DNA from: Octopus vulgaris
Taxonomy: Eukaryota
NCBI GenBank assembly: GCA_951406725.2
Contig: OX597828.1
Location: 40,424,001 to 40,488,000, forward strand
Direction: 5' to 3'
Length of the DNA stretch: 64,000 nt
Position numbers and translations under genes: made by a program. A model generated the notes under the pieces. It saw only the letters and a list, made by a program, of their open reading frames with translations. It searched no databases and was not told where the DNA came from. Below, in pieces: positions 1-12,712 of the stretch (positions are counted from its first letter, which is position 1; every line of letters starts with the position of its first letter).

Positions 1-49
1 AAAGAGACAACAGCTCAATCCAAGCTACAAGGAGTTATAAATTCCATAC

Positions 50-94
50 CACTGGGACAGAAAGTCCGACAGCTCCAGATCGGAAAGTTCTTCA
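50..94 (-). CDS. MICAL: MICAL coding exon 19 (45 nt; gene continues beyond window start)
   Basis: (D)EELSDLELSDFLSQ(W). TTCCAG acceptor after a long pyrimidine tract, phase 2 matching exon 18. Probable donor TG|GTATGG at 49; otherwise the frame reads to TAG at 25-27. Confidence 0.75.
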
Positions 95-779
95 CTGGAA
101 ATTAATAGGAGAGAAAAAAAAATGATAACAAAGAAGGAAAAAAAAAAAATAAATGGAGAGATCAGGTTGATTAGAGCAACAGGAATGCCTGAGGTCTTTC
201 CGAAAATATATAAGGAATGGAAAATGAATAAAGTATTAATGGGAGTGTTGGAATGGAGGCGATAGTTTTGGTTTTTGGTTTGTTTTTTTTTTTTAGTCAA
301 AGGGTACATGCTTTCATAATGATAGACATAACAACACAGATACAAATGGGAGCAAAAATACAATTATCAGTCTAAACATTGAATTTTCATAAATTCAGTG
401 TCAAAATATAGGAGGGAACACAAGAATACAAAAACATATTTTGCATAAAATTTATGGAAAAATAAAAATAAAAAAAATACAAAGAACAGTTCTTTTAAAT
501 ACTTTTTAAATACTTAACCAACATTTGGTTACATAGAATTAATCTAACGGATAGTCTAACATGGGTAACATTTAATAAAGAGTTGAAGGAATGTAGGAAA
601 AATAGTTTTTAAAGATCCTTTTTCTAAACTACAATTTAGCTAAGAGAGGTGGTGCAGTCTTTGGAGGCCATATTAGGCTGGTGAGATTAATGTTGGTTGA
701 CATTCAGTTTGAACTACGGCTACATGGATGGTTTTGGTAAAAGTTTGTGTTGGGAGGGAACTCCTGATGGCTGCAGTTC

Positions 780-1110
780 AAGAAGAAGGAGAAGAAGAAG
801 AAGAAGAAGAAGAAGAAGAAGAAGAAGAAGAAGAAGAAGAAGAAGAAGAAGAAGAAGAAGAGGGAAGAGGAGAAGAGGAAGAGGAGGGAAATGAGGAACA
901 GGAGAAAGGGAAGGAGAAGTATAAGGGAAGGAAGAAGAGAAGGAAGAAGAGGAGAAAGGGAAGTGGCAGAAGAAAAGGAAGAAGAGTAGAAAAAGAGGAG
1001 GAGGAGGAGGAAGAGGAGAAAGAGAAGAGGCAAAAGAAAAGGAAAAAAGGAAGAAATGGAGGTGGAAGAAGAGAAAGGGAAGAGCCAGAAGAAAAGGAGG
1101 ATGAGGAGGA
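780..1110. repeat. (GAA)n microsatellite with a long polypurine tract
   Basis: Nearly pure GAA from 780 to 861, then purine-rich to about 1110. This explains the poly-E, poly-R, poly-F and poly-S ORFs. Confidence 0.95.
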
Positions 1111-2477
1111 TTGGGTCAGGTGGGCCCAACTGGAAAGAGCCTGCAATGATCCACCTCAGAGAAGTAAAACCTGTAAAGAAGGACAGAGAGGGGAAATTGT
1201 GAAAATTCTGCCTGCTGGTGATCTTAGCTTGCCATAACTTCCCCTTAAGTTAAACTGACAATGAATTAAGTCTGTCTCATCTTTTGATCCTATTACAACC
1301 TTTGCTGATCCAGCTCTGTCCTAGCCTTGTTGTTCTTCTACCAGCTGTGGTCTAGCCCATTACATCTCACTTTGCTTTCTTTGCATGCGAAGGTGCGTGG
1401 CTTAGTGGTTAAGGTACTCGGTTCACAGTTGTAAGTTCAATACATGGCAGTGCATTGTATCTTTGAGCAAGTCACTTATTTCATGTTACTTCAGTTCACT
1501 CAGCTGGTAAAAATGAGTTGTACCTATTTTTTGAAGGACCAGCTTTGTCATATTCTGTGTCACGCTGAATCTTCCTGAGAACTATGTTAAGGGTATGCAT
1601 GTCTGTGGAGTACTCAACCACCAGCACATTAATTTCACAAACAGGCTCTTCTGTTGATTGGATGAACTGGAACCTTTGTCATCAAAATCAACACAGTGCT
1701 GGTTTAATGATTTACTTACACCCACCCTCCATTCCTCCTTAAACTTACTTTTATGTAGTTATTATTCTTACAGAATCTCAAAATCTCATGAACCTTGCAC
1801 CAGGCCCCCAACTGTCCACTAAACAGAGACAGTGAAAACATTCTTCAACCTGGCTTCTTCCAATAGCACAAAGATAATTTGCTACATGGAGCAAAGAAAC
1901 AGTTTTGTCACTGTAGATTGCTACAAATAAATGCTATGCCTCTCTCACTCTGTTTCTATCTCCATATATATACATAGCAATACTAAACCTGGATCTCAAA
2001 GATTAAGGTTTACCTTCAGAGTATGAAAATAATTTAAATTTGAGCAGTTACTGATTTGTAAAAAGCTCAAGTAAAGTCTACATTAGAGCTCTGATTACAT
2101 TACATAGTCAGAGAAGAAAGGGCAGATTGATGAGGTCAATGTGACGTCATCCAGATAAGCAAGATCAATAAAGGTTGGTTGACTATAGACCTAGTCTATA
2201 GAAAACAATGTGGGCAGAAGAGGAATTCCAAATTAATGCAGGGTGAAAGTAGTGTGGCACTTACAAAGGAGAAATGGGTGCAGTAGATATTTCAAACAAG
2301 AAATAATCATACTAGATGTATCAGGAAGAGGTGAGAGGATGTTGTGTGCACCTTGGTAATCTAGTTAATTAAGATGAAGCTATTATTAAATTCTAAAACT
2401 ACTAAAGAGGATTTCTGAATAGCTTCTGAAACAGCTACCTGACCCAGGTATCAGAAATATGAAATGAACCGACTTAC

Positions 2478-2667
2478 TCAGAATCACTTGAATTCTCTTC
2501 TTCGTCACTTGCTTCCAGAAGTTCTTGAGATGATAATGAGGGCCTCAAATTGTGTTCAAACTGTTCTTCTTCAGTCTCCTCTGATACACCTTCGATATAG
2601 TTCTCAAATTCTACTCTTTCAGGCGTATTCTTCAGATTCAATCGAGAATCGTCTTTGACTTTGGGAG
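2478..2667 (-). CDS. MICAL: MICAL coding exon 18 (TPERxExENY motif and acidic region; not in ORF track)
   Basis: (A)PKVKDDSRLNLKNTPERVEFENYIEGVSEETEEEQFEHNL...ASDEEENSSDS matches the TPERIELENY...HNL block of MICAL3/Mical. CTGCAG acceptor, GA|GTAAGT donor. 190 nt, phase 1 to 2. Confidence 0.92.
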
Positions 2668-3164
2668 CTGCAGGAAGATGAAGCAGAAGATGAAATAATG
2701 ATGTCAGGGAAGATAGTGAAGACTATAGAACATTCTACATAGAACATACACACAGTGTAAAGGCATGAAAAGAAAAGTAGAAAATAGACAAGACAATAAC
2801 ATTGGCATAGATTGGCTAAGACAGTAGAACATTATACACAGAACAGATAAGTATACATGCAAATAAAAATACCTATATTACATACATGCACGCACATATA
2901 TACATATGCATACATGCACTCATACATATATATTTCTTTACTACCCAAAAGGGGCTAAACATAGAGGGGACAAACAAGGACAGACAAAGGGATTAAGTCA
3001 ATTACATCGACCCAGTGCGAAACTGGTACTTTATTTATCGACCCCGAGAGGATAAAAGGCAAAGTCAACCTCGGCGGAATTTGAACTCAGAATGTAACGA
3101 CAGATGAAATACAGCTATACATTCCGCCCAGCATACATACATGAACACATATATGCACATAGGT

Positions 3165-3206
<42 letters not shown>

Positions 3207-4473
3207 GCACAGACACAGATATTCATACAAACATATACATATATACATACAAACATATTCATGGCACAGGCATGAATGTGGGGTTAAGAAGTTTGCTTGT
3301 CAACCATGTGGTCTGAGGTTTAGTTCCACTGAATAGGTAACATGGGCAAGTATCTTCTACTATGGCCTTAGGTGACCAATGCTTCCTGGGTGTAATTGGT
3401 AAATGGAAACTACATGGAAGCCAGAGAGAAAGAGAGCAGGAGGAAGAGTGGGAGAGAGAGAGGGAGGGAGGGAGAATGGGAGAGAGAAGGATGTCGTTTC
3501 CACTTTTCACCTGAGATTGTCCAAGTGAAAAGAAGAATGTTACCATGTGACATTTCTGGTTGTTCCTTTGACAATAAACTTATTCATTCAATACCTCCTT
3601 CTTGAAACACCAGTCACATCCCATTCCTTCAGGTATATGCCTGGAGGAGATAGGAGTTAGCTCTTGGAGTATACTGTTTGAGGATTATAGAAGAAAGCAC
3701 TGTTGAGAATTGCCTACAGGTTAGACATGACTGTGCAGTTAAGAAGTCTGTTTCACAATTGTGTGTTCCAAAATTTCATCTCACTTTGCAGTACATTGAG
3801 CAAGTATCTTCTACCATGATAATTATGAGTGAAATTCTGGAGATGGCAACTGTGTGGAAGCCCATCAAATGAACTGTACAAGTTCTTGAGTGATAGACTC
3901 AATTCATCGCCAAGTTTATCACTAACACCTGGCCTTTAAGTTGCTTCAAACTGGCACTCCATCACCTGCGACAACGAAGATTCCAGCTGATCCAAGCAAC
4001 TGAACAGTCTGCAGGTGAAATTAATGTACAAGTGGCAAAGCACTCCACAGACACGTGTTCCCTTAATGTAGTTTTCAGGGCGATTCAGCATGACACAGAA
4101 TGTGACAAGGCTGGCCCTTTGAATTACTGGTATGACTCATTTTGGCCAGCTGAATGGACTGGAGCAACATGAAATAAAGGGTCTTGCCCAAGGACACTAC
4201 ATGCTGCTGAAAATCAAACTCATGACCCTACAAGCATGAGCCAAATAACCTAATAAGCCATGCACCATGACTTGGGTTGCTTTAACAAAGACTGCATTAT
4301 TACTAGCATTTGGATCAAATTTGTTGCCCAAAGATAAACATATAGGTGCAGGAGTGGCTGTGTGGTAAGTAGCCTGCTTACCAACCACATGGTTCTGGGT
4401 TCAGTCCCACTGTGTGGCACCTTGGGCTGACCAAAGCCTTGTGAGTGGATTTGGTAGATGGAAACTGAATATG

Positions 4474-4509
<36 letters not shown>

Positions 4510-4839
4510 TGTGTATGTGTGAATATATGTTTGTCCCCCCCAACATCGCTTGACAACCGATGTGTTTACATCCCCGTAACTTAGCGGTTCAGCAAAAGAG
4601 ACCGATAGAATAAGTACTAGGCTTACAAAGAATAAGTACTGGGATCAATTTGCTTGACTAAAGGCGGTGCTCCAGCATGGCCGCAGTCAAATGACTGAAA
4701 CAAGTAAAAGAGTATATGTTTGTAGTTGTATCTTTTGCCAATCCTGTGATTTCTGCTAATGCCAAGGGCATTGATCTTTCTTTCCTTGTGAGTGAGGGAG
4801 CAAAGTAAAGACATTTACAATGCCTAAGTTTTTCAAGCA

Positions 4840-5225
4840 GTCATCATCATCATCATCATCATTTAACATCCACTTTCTATGCTAGCATGGGTTGGACGAT
4901 TTGACTGAGGTCTAGCAAACCAGACTCCAATCTGATCTGGCAGAGTTTCTACAGCTGGATGCCCTTCCTAACGCCAACCACTCTGAGAGTGTAGTGGGTG
5001 CTTTTATGTGCCAATGGCACGAGGGCCAGTTTGGTGGTACTGGCAATGGCCACACCCAAATGGTGCTTTTTACGTGCCACTGGCATGAGGGCCAGTTTGG
5101 AGGTACTGGCAATGGCCACACCCAAATGGTGCTTTTTATGTGTCACCTGCACAGGAGCCAGTCCAGCAGCACTGGCGACGACCTCGCTTGAATATTTCAC
5201 ATGCCACCAGCACAAGTGCTGGTAA
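4840..5225 (-). mobile_element. Third interspersed family with (ATG)n tail (RTE-associated SINE or LINE 3' end), containing an internal tandem unit of about 66 bp
   Basis: Shared GCTGGATGCCCTTCCTAACGCCAACCAC and CCATGCTAGCATGG motifs. Copies at about 8090-8319, 9058-9410, 18720-18876, 27390-27535, 42568-42925 and 51535-51830. Confidence 0.65.
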
Positions 5226-5353
5226 AACCAAGCTCAACAATACTTAATTTCGGTCACTGCTGTTATTAAGGTGATGTATTGATAAGCTGTATATAAGGAT
5301 GGGTGTCAGAGAATACAAAAGCAATGGAAATGAAATCTAAAGAAAATACTTAC

Positions 5354-5459
5354 CACCTTTCTTTTTAATTGATGGTGACGTGCTTGGTGTGTTCTTGTAA
5401 GTTTCTGCCAAAGGTGGTATACGAGGTGGTGATGTGCCTGGTGTCAGATCTTGTTCATC
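5354..5459 (-). CDS. MICAL: MICAL coding exon 17 (Pro/Ser/Thr-rich; not in ORF track)
   Basis: DEQDLTPGTSPPRIPPLAETYKNTPSTSPSIKKKG. TTACAG acceptor, G|GTAAGT donor. 106 nt, phase 0 to 1, bridging exons 16 and 18. Confidence 0.85.
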
Positions 5460-6889
5460 CTGTAACCATTTTCAAATTTATTTACCATTAATATTATCAA
5501 TATTATAAATAGTAAACATATAACTGACAAACCAAGTTATAATTACGTTTCAAATATAATGTTACTTTTCTTGTCTATCAGAAACTAACAAATTCTAATT
5601 AGAAAATAAGATAAAAATTCAGAAATTTTTATTGCTATATCGCTATTTTACATGGGAATAAATAACAACATTATTAATAATTCTTTCTACAATAGGCACA
5701 AGGCCTGGAATTTTGGTGGGGAAGGTTAGTCAATGACATCAACTCCAGTACTTGACTGGTAACTTAGTCATCAACCCTGAAAACATGAGAGGCAAAGTCA
5801 ACCTCAGCAACATTTGAACTCGGAATGTAAAGCCGGAGGAAATGCTGTGAAGCATCTTGTCCAGCACACTAATGATTCTGCCAGCTTACTGTCTTATAGT
5901 AATAATAATAATCCTTTTTACTATAGGCACAAAGCCTGAAACTTGGGGGGGGGGGACTGGGTGATTTCATCGAGCCACATGTTCAACTGGTACTTATCGA
6001 CCCTGGAAGGATGAAAAGCAAAGTCTTCTCGGTGGAATAATAATAATAATAATCCTTACTACTATAGGCACAAGGTCTGGAATTTTGGGGGAGACGACAA
6101 ATCGATTACATTGCCCTCTCCCAGTATTTCACTGATACTTAATTCATTGACCCCAAAAGGATGAAAGGCAAAGTTGACCTTGGTGGCATTTGAACTCAGA
6201 ACGTCAAGGTGAATGAAATGCTGCTAAGCATTTCGCCCAGTGTGCTAATGATTCTACCAACAACAAAAACCAACCAGATATCAGTCTCCAACAGAGAAGT
6301 CCAATCACATATTGCCATCTTCGAAAAAGAAAGGCAAACTGAATAATGCAGTCTGAGATACATTATATTTGGATGAGGGTGAAGAGAACTGGATGGTCCT
6401 AGTTGTAATGTCTTTGATCATAGTTTCAGTCATAGTTTGATCATAGTTTTAGTTGATTTCTTTGATCAAAGAGATGCGGAATTGACCTAGGGCTAGACAA
6501 TTTTAATACCCATGAAGCACTCAGTGACATCACACAACATTAGAAATACTATGAGAACCACATTCCTCATTCCTGTGAGTGGGCCTCTATATGGTTGCAG
6601 GATCTGCTAGAAACAGTAACCAAATTTCCCTTAAACCATACCTGATGTCTTAAAGTAGATATTTACACTACAATTTATGATGTAGTATTAGACACTTGAT
6701 TTTCCCCACCTCCCGGGGGAAAGATCACTGTTAGACTGACTTGATCATAGCTCTGCTCAGTCATGTGATGATCACCATATCAAGTATGTAATTAACTCTT
6801 TACTTCAAGATAATTGACAACGATAACAGCAACCACAGAACAACTGTAGTCCATACTGTAATACAGAAGATAGAAACACAAACACTGAC

Positions 6890-6966
6890 CTTTGTGGGTT
6901 CTTCCGTTAAACTGCGCTTTCTTCTCTGTCTCATCATTCCAACATGACGGAAGCAGTAAAACCTCA
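6890..6966 (-). CDS. MICAL: MICAL coding exon 16 (LIM C-terminal FYCxxH)
   Basis: (V)RFYCFRHVGMMRQRRKRSLTEEPTK completes the LIM zinc ligands. TTTAG acceptor, AAG|GTCAGT donor. 77 nt, phase 1 to 0. Confidence 0.92.
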
Positions 6967-8053
6967 CTAAAAGCAAAGGAGAGAAGATATACATGTATGA
7001 GAGAGAGAGAGAGAGAAAGAGAGATGGGAATAGGGGAGAGGTAAAGAGAGAGTTGACAAAGTAGAATGAGTGAGTGAGAAAGTCAAAGAAGAAGAGGCAG
7101 TTAAAGAGAACTAGAGAGAAAGAGGGTCAGAGTTAGAGAACTGAAGGAAAAGAGAGAGAAGGCGAAGGGGTGAAGTGAAAAAGTTACAGGGAGGAGGAGG
7201 AGGAGGAAAGGAAGAAGGAGAAGAAGAAGAAGAAGAAGAAGAAGAATTTAATTAGCTGTAAGGTCATCTTTTATATGAAATGTAGGAGTGGTCTTTGATT
7301 GACAGCTGACATCTGATTAGTTAATTATTGACTTTGAAGAGATGAAAGGCAACAGGTACAATAAGTACAAGATTTGATCCCTAAATATGGAACAAGAACA
7401 AAAACTAAACACATGATCCTTTACATGGTTGCTTGATCTGCTAGAAATATCAGTGAAATCTCCCTAACATTTTTAAAAAAGACGATTCATTGGACAATGT
7501 AATCCATAATATATGATATGACTAGATGGTCACCGCTGGAGCGCTTTCGGCCAGAAGTCTGTTTGAGCAGGGTTTGTTTGCCTGGGGTTAACAACTACTG
7601 CAATACATTTTGTTCAATGCTCAGCCAATTCCATCATGCTACTCCCCTACTCACTGTAATAATAAGGATTTTCTTCATCAACACAATATACACAAACATA
7701 TACATGCTACCTCTGTGTATCATCATACACACACACACACACACATATATATATTATATATATGTAGAGGCGCAATGGCCCAGTGGACTCGCGGTTGTAG
7801 GATTGTGGTTTTGATTCCCAGACCAGGCGTTGTGAGTGTTTATCGAGCGAAAATACCTAAAGCTCCATGAGGCTCCAGCAGGGGGTGATGGCGATCCCTG
7901 CTGTACTCTTTCACCACAACTTTCTCTCACTCTTTTTTCTTTTCGCCCGCTCGCTTAGCCAGCAGGGTGGCATCATTTGACGGCTAAAACAATGCGAAGT
8001 GCACTGTGACCAGCGATGTGTAGGAACATCTGATAGCCGGGTCGGTCACGGTG

Positions 8054-8094
<41 letters not shown>

Positions 8095-8471
8095 CGTGGC
8101 TGTTTGCCAGCTCCGTCTGGCACCTGTGCAGGTGGCACGTAAAAAGCACCCGCTACACTCACGGAGTGGTTGGCGTTAGGAAGGGCATCCAGCCATAGAA
8201 ACACTGCCAGATCAGACTGGGCCTGATGCAGCCTTCTGGCTTCACAGACCCCAGTTGAACCGTCCAACCCATGCTAGCATGGAAAGCGGACGCTAAATGA
8301 TGATGATGATGATGATGATATATATATATACACACACTTAGGTTGTGTTGTGTTTCAGACCATGTATAAGACAATGTTATTAACCCTTTATTAACAAGAA
8401 CAAATTCTAGCTCAGTGTTTTGATTTTGAAACAAATCAAGAATTGGGAAAGGTTTAATGAAATATCAGCTT

Positions 8472-8529
8472 AATCTTGAAACCAGATATCAAATCTTGAA
8501 ACCAGATATCAAATCTTGAAACCAGATAT
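8472..8529. repeat. 20-bp tandem repeat, about 3 copies (AATCTTGAAACCAGATATCA)
   Basis: Directly visible. Confidence 0.9.
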
Positions 8530-8815
8530 TGTCATTGATGCAAATAATGAGAGTTCAATCAGAAATTTGAATTTAAAGTTTGAACCTTTTAAGCCTTTTA
8601 CTGTTAAGATCTGAAGGTGCATGGCTGAGTGGTTAGAGCATTCAGTTCACAATTGCAAGGTCATGAATTCAATACCTGGCAGCATACTGTCCTTGAGCAA
8701 GACATTTCATTTCACGTTGCTCCTGTCCACTCAGCTGGTAAAAATGAGTAGTACCTGTATTTCAAAAGGCCAGCGATATCACCCTGTGTCACACTGAATC
8801 TCTCTGAGAACTATG

Positions 8816-9043
8816 TTAACCCTTTTGACACCAACCCAATTGAAACCGCCTCTGGCTCTTTAGTACAAATGTCTGGTTTTCATAAGTTCTGAATTAAAAA
8901 TCTTCCACCAAACCTTAGTCACAATTATTGTTCCTAACACTAGCTTAATGATAACTAAGTTATTTTACTAAATTCTTTGTTATATTTAAAATTAATTGAA
9001 AGAAACACAGAGCATCTCAAAATAAAAGTGACAAAAGGGTTAA
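8816..9043. mobile_element. TTAA-flanked MITE (piggyBac-like CCCTTT termini), nested in a SINE
   Basis: TTAA-CCCTTTTGACAC...GTGACAAAAGGG-TTAA. The host SINE sequence GAGAACTATG|TTAA|GGGTACAC is split here (compare the uninterrupted copy at 1577-1600). Confidence 0.75.
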
Positions 9044-9813
9044 GGGTACACGTGTTGTTACCTGCATCACCTTACTGGCACTTGTGCTGGTAGCATGTGA
9101 AAAAACATTCGAGCAAGGTCGTTGCCAGTGCCGCTGGACTGGCCACAGTGCAGGTGGCACATAAAAAGCACCATTTGAGCGTGGCCATTGCCAGTACCAA
9201 GTGACTGGCCCTCGTGCCAATGGCACATAAAAGCACCCACTACACTCTCAGAGTGGTTGGCATTAGGAAGGGCATCCAGCTGTAGAAACTCTGCCAGATC
9301 AGACTGGAGTCTGGTGCAGCCATCTGGTTCGCCAGACCTCAGTCAAATTGTCCAACCCATGCTAGCATGGAAAGCGGACATTAAACAATGATGATGATGA
9401 TGATGATGATGTGTCTGTGGAGAGCGCAGCCATTTACGTGCTAACTTCACAATCAAGCTGTTCCACTGATCAGATGAGCTGGAACCCTTGTTTTTGTAAC
9501 CAGCAGAGTGCCAGCTGAAATCAAATATAGCCATCAAAACTTATTTATGCTTACTGCAGAAAGCAGTTTTGTATACCCAATTTATCTTCTGTTGAGGAAT
9601 ATCTCAAGTTTATTGAGGCAATGGAATTTGCAGAAAATTTCGATTCTATATTTTTATTAGATATTTAATAATATTTCTGGAATAACCATGGAATTTAATT
9701 TCGCAGTTAAAGGGTTGACAGTAGCAGTTTCAGGCAGGTTGGTGTTTAAATGAACCTGTTATCAATCAATGATGTAGTCAAAAAACAGAACAACAACAAA
9801 AAATGGTGAATAC

Positions 9814-10006
9814 CTTCTCCTGTGATGGTTCTATCACATGAGTAATTGCTTAGTCGTAAGTTGGTCTTGCAATGTTCACAACGTAAACAGCCACGGTGGA
9901 AAAATAGACCTTCAGCACTCATTCGCTCCATTATATACACTCTTCTTTTACAAAAATAGCAATATTCACTTGCAGGTTGAGCAGCTAGAAGTGTGGGATT
10001 GGATGT
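9814..10006 (-). CDS. MICAL: MICAL coding exon 15 (LIM domain, first part)
   Basis: [69 protein letters not shown] acceptor, G|GTATTC donor. 193 nt, phase 0 to 1. Confidence 0.95.
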
Positions 10007-10625
10007 CTAATGTGAGAAAAAAAAGAAATGTTTGTACATATATAGATAGTATGATACAGTTATGTAGAATATACAATCTAAAATACAATATTGACAAAGC
10101 ATTAATGAAAATCTATCAAGATTTCATTGAGTACAAATGAAAGCAAAACAAAAGCTGTTCTTAAAATCTGGCAGGTATATATTTTTATGAAATACACAAA
10201 CCAAGTTAATAACTGAACAATGCTCTCTCATACTCTCAATTGTGTGTGTGTGTGTGTGTGTGTGGACGTAAACAAACAAACGAAGTTTGCTTTAGAAACG
10301 TTGAGATGTCTTAGAAAGTTAAAGAAGTGATTTTAAATTCTCAAACGCAAGATGATGCTAATAATATAGCGCAAACAGGATACGCTACCCCTATATTGCA
10401 GGAAGAAGTGGTGGCGACCGGCTATGAGACTCGAACTACTCCGTGATTACGCGTTGCGGTGCCCTGTGTGTGTGTGTGTATATGTTTGAAGTTAATAAAA
10501 ACAATAAATATTTCTATAAACAAACACACACAACATTTTCACTTGAATGTGGCCGACTTGAGGTACTGGCAAGTATTTGTATAGATATGCGTGCATATAT
10601 ATGTATATATGTGTGTGTGTGTGTA

Positions 10626-10714
<89 letters not shown>

Positions 10715-11013
10715 ACACAATCATCATCATCATTTTACATCTAGTTTCCACAGTGGTATTCTTAGGAGAGGGTTGCCACAGTCAAAACCAGAATATTTTC
10801 GATGAGGGACAAATCACAGATAGGTTAGGGGGCACTCATCTCACTTGCATTCTGTCTTAGCTTGCTTCTACAGCTGGACTCCTTTCCTATCACCAACCAC
10901 TTTACAGAGTGTACTGGGGTGTTTTTCATGACACTAAGAAAACAAAGGAGGTATCATGCTCTCAGCACAACTAACCGGATCTCACACTGCAGGTTTCCAC
11001 TGATTCTTTAGTC

Positions 11014-11925
11014 CAGGGGTTTCCAACTATTTTTTTGTCTGTGGACCCCTTTGATTACTATCTTATTCTGGTGAACCTCCAATAGCCATTTGATGTTTAA
11101 AAAATAGTTTTATAGAAACTTCTTTTAAAATTCCTATTTTCAGTCATTTGACTGCGGCCATGCTGGAGCACCGCCTTTAGTCAAACAAATTGATCCTAGT
11201 ACTTATTCTTTGTAAGCCTAGTACTTATTCTAAGTTATGGGGACATAAACACACCAGCATCGGTTGTCAAGCGATGGTGGAAGGACAAACACAGACACAG
11301 ATTTACAAACATCAAGGGCTTCTTTCAGTTTCCGTCTACCAAATCCACTCACAAGGCTTTGGTCGGCCTGCGGCCATAGTAGAAGACACTTGCCCAAGGA
11401 GCCATGCAGTGGGACTGAACCCAGAACCATGTGGTTGGTAAGCAAACTACTTACCACATAGCCACTCCTGCACCTATGTAAACTGTTAGATAAAGAAACC
11501 TGGTTCTTGCAATACATACCAATACATACCTCTAAAGCGAAATTTTATCAGGGACCCTTAAAAAACTACCAGAGATCCCTAATTTACTATTTTGCTCACA
11601 TGGACCTCCTTTGGTTACTATTTTATTCTGGTGCACCCCCATAACCATTCAATGTTTAAAAACTAGTTTTATAGATACTTCTTTCAAAATTCCAATTTTG
11701 CTTTTTCACACATTCCCTTGTGTAGGTTGAACTATGTAAAATGTTATAGAAGGAAACTCAGCTGTATCTTGTAATACATACCAATACATAGATCTAAAGC
11801 AAAATTTTTTCAGGAGCCCTTAAGACACAATTGTGGATCCCCATTTACTATTTTGTAGTGTGAACCCCTACAAAAATCTTATATGGATCTTCAGGGGCCA
11901 TATGGACCCCATTTGAGAACCTTTG
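11014..11925. mobile_element. hAT/Charlie-like MITE with internal duplication and nested SINE (11139-11475)
   Basis: Termini CAGGGGTTTCCAAC and TTTGAGAACCTTTG. 8-bp TSD-like CTTTAGTC and CTCTAGTG. The internal segment 11040-11140 is repeated at 11600-11700. Confidence 0.6.
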
Positions 11926-12246
11926 CTCTAGTGTCTTAACAGAGTGAGAAGCAAGGCAGTGTGTGTGTGTTTATATATACGTCTGTGTGTGTGTGTGTGT
12001 GTGTATATTTATAAGTGCATCTATATCAAAACATATATACACACACCTACCTACATATATATACACATGTACCTACATGTATAAAAACACATACCTACAT
12101 ACATATACACACACCTACACACTTACAGATGTATTTATACACACACATACACAGTCGCTGAAATTAGCAGTGATATGTATAGAACTGTAAAACTTTTGTT
12201 CCAATTGCTCATGGTCTGCTAAATATTTAAAAAAAACCTTTGTACC

Positions 12247-12302
12247 GTTGCTATGGTAACAGATGTGACCAGATGTATCTCCAGCCTCTCTAACCAATCA
12301 GA
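12247..12302. promoter_or_regulatory. Candidate RFX X-box, two CAGATG E-boxes and an NF-Y CCAAT box
   Basis: GTTGCTATGGTAAC (12247-60) fits the X-box consensus GTHNYY-AT-RRNAAC. CAGATG at 12260 and 12270. AACCAATCAG at 12292-12301. Lies in a non-repetitive island. Confidence 0.45.
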
Positions 12303-12712
12303 GCATGGACAATAATAACAACATGTAAGAAAAAAAAAGAGAGAATAACTGAAATGATGATGATGATGAAGATGATGATGATTAGGATAATGGAACTGAT
12401 GGTATGGCTTAAAATAATGGAGACGATAAGACAAAGATGGAAAATGATAACGATGATAATGTTCATGATGATGATAATGACGATGATGACAATGATGAGG
12501 AAAATGAAGATGATGATGATGATGATGATGATAATTTTCCTTCAATAAGAAATCAGGCTTAATTAAATCCTGTGAATTAACCATAAAATATTCAATCTAA
12601 AAATACAAGAGAAGGAACCCTGTCACCATTGTTTCCGACTCAATGAAAAAAAAGCAAAAAAAACCCACAAAAATGAAGAAAAAAAAACAAAAGCTGGATA
12701 TTATGAACTTAC

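Noticed and set aside
697-1237. Poly-E, poly-R, poly-F and poly-S ORFs
   Set aside because: Translations of a (GAA)n and purine tract in intron 18; no splice or homology support.
2142-2149. Perfect CRE (TGACGTCA)
   Set aside because: A single 8-mer is expected by chance in 64 kb, and it lies in probable repeat-derived sequence.
2398-2440. Hammerhead-like CTAAAGA...GAAACAGCTACC
   Set aside because: Core G5, stem III and the cleavage triplet are all altered; too degenerate to call.
5001-5140. Repeat-with-hairpin array superficially like CRISPR
   Set aside because: Units are near-identical tandem copies with no unique spacers, inside a eukaryotic interspersed repeat, and there are no cas genes.
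12245-12290. Small MICAL cassette exon overlapping the X-box
   Set aside because: The first AG gives an in-frame stop and the donor GTACAA is weak; the regulatory reading fits better.
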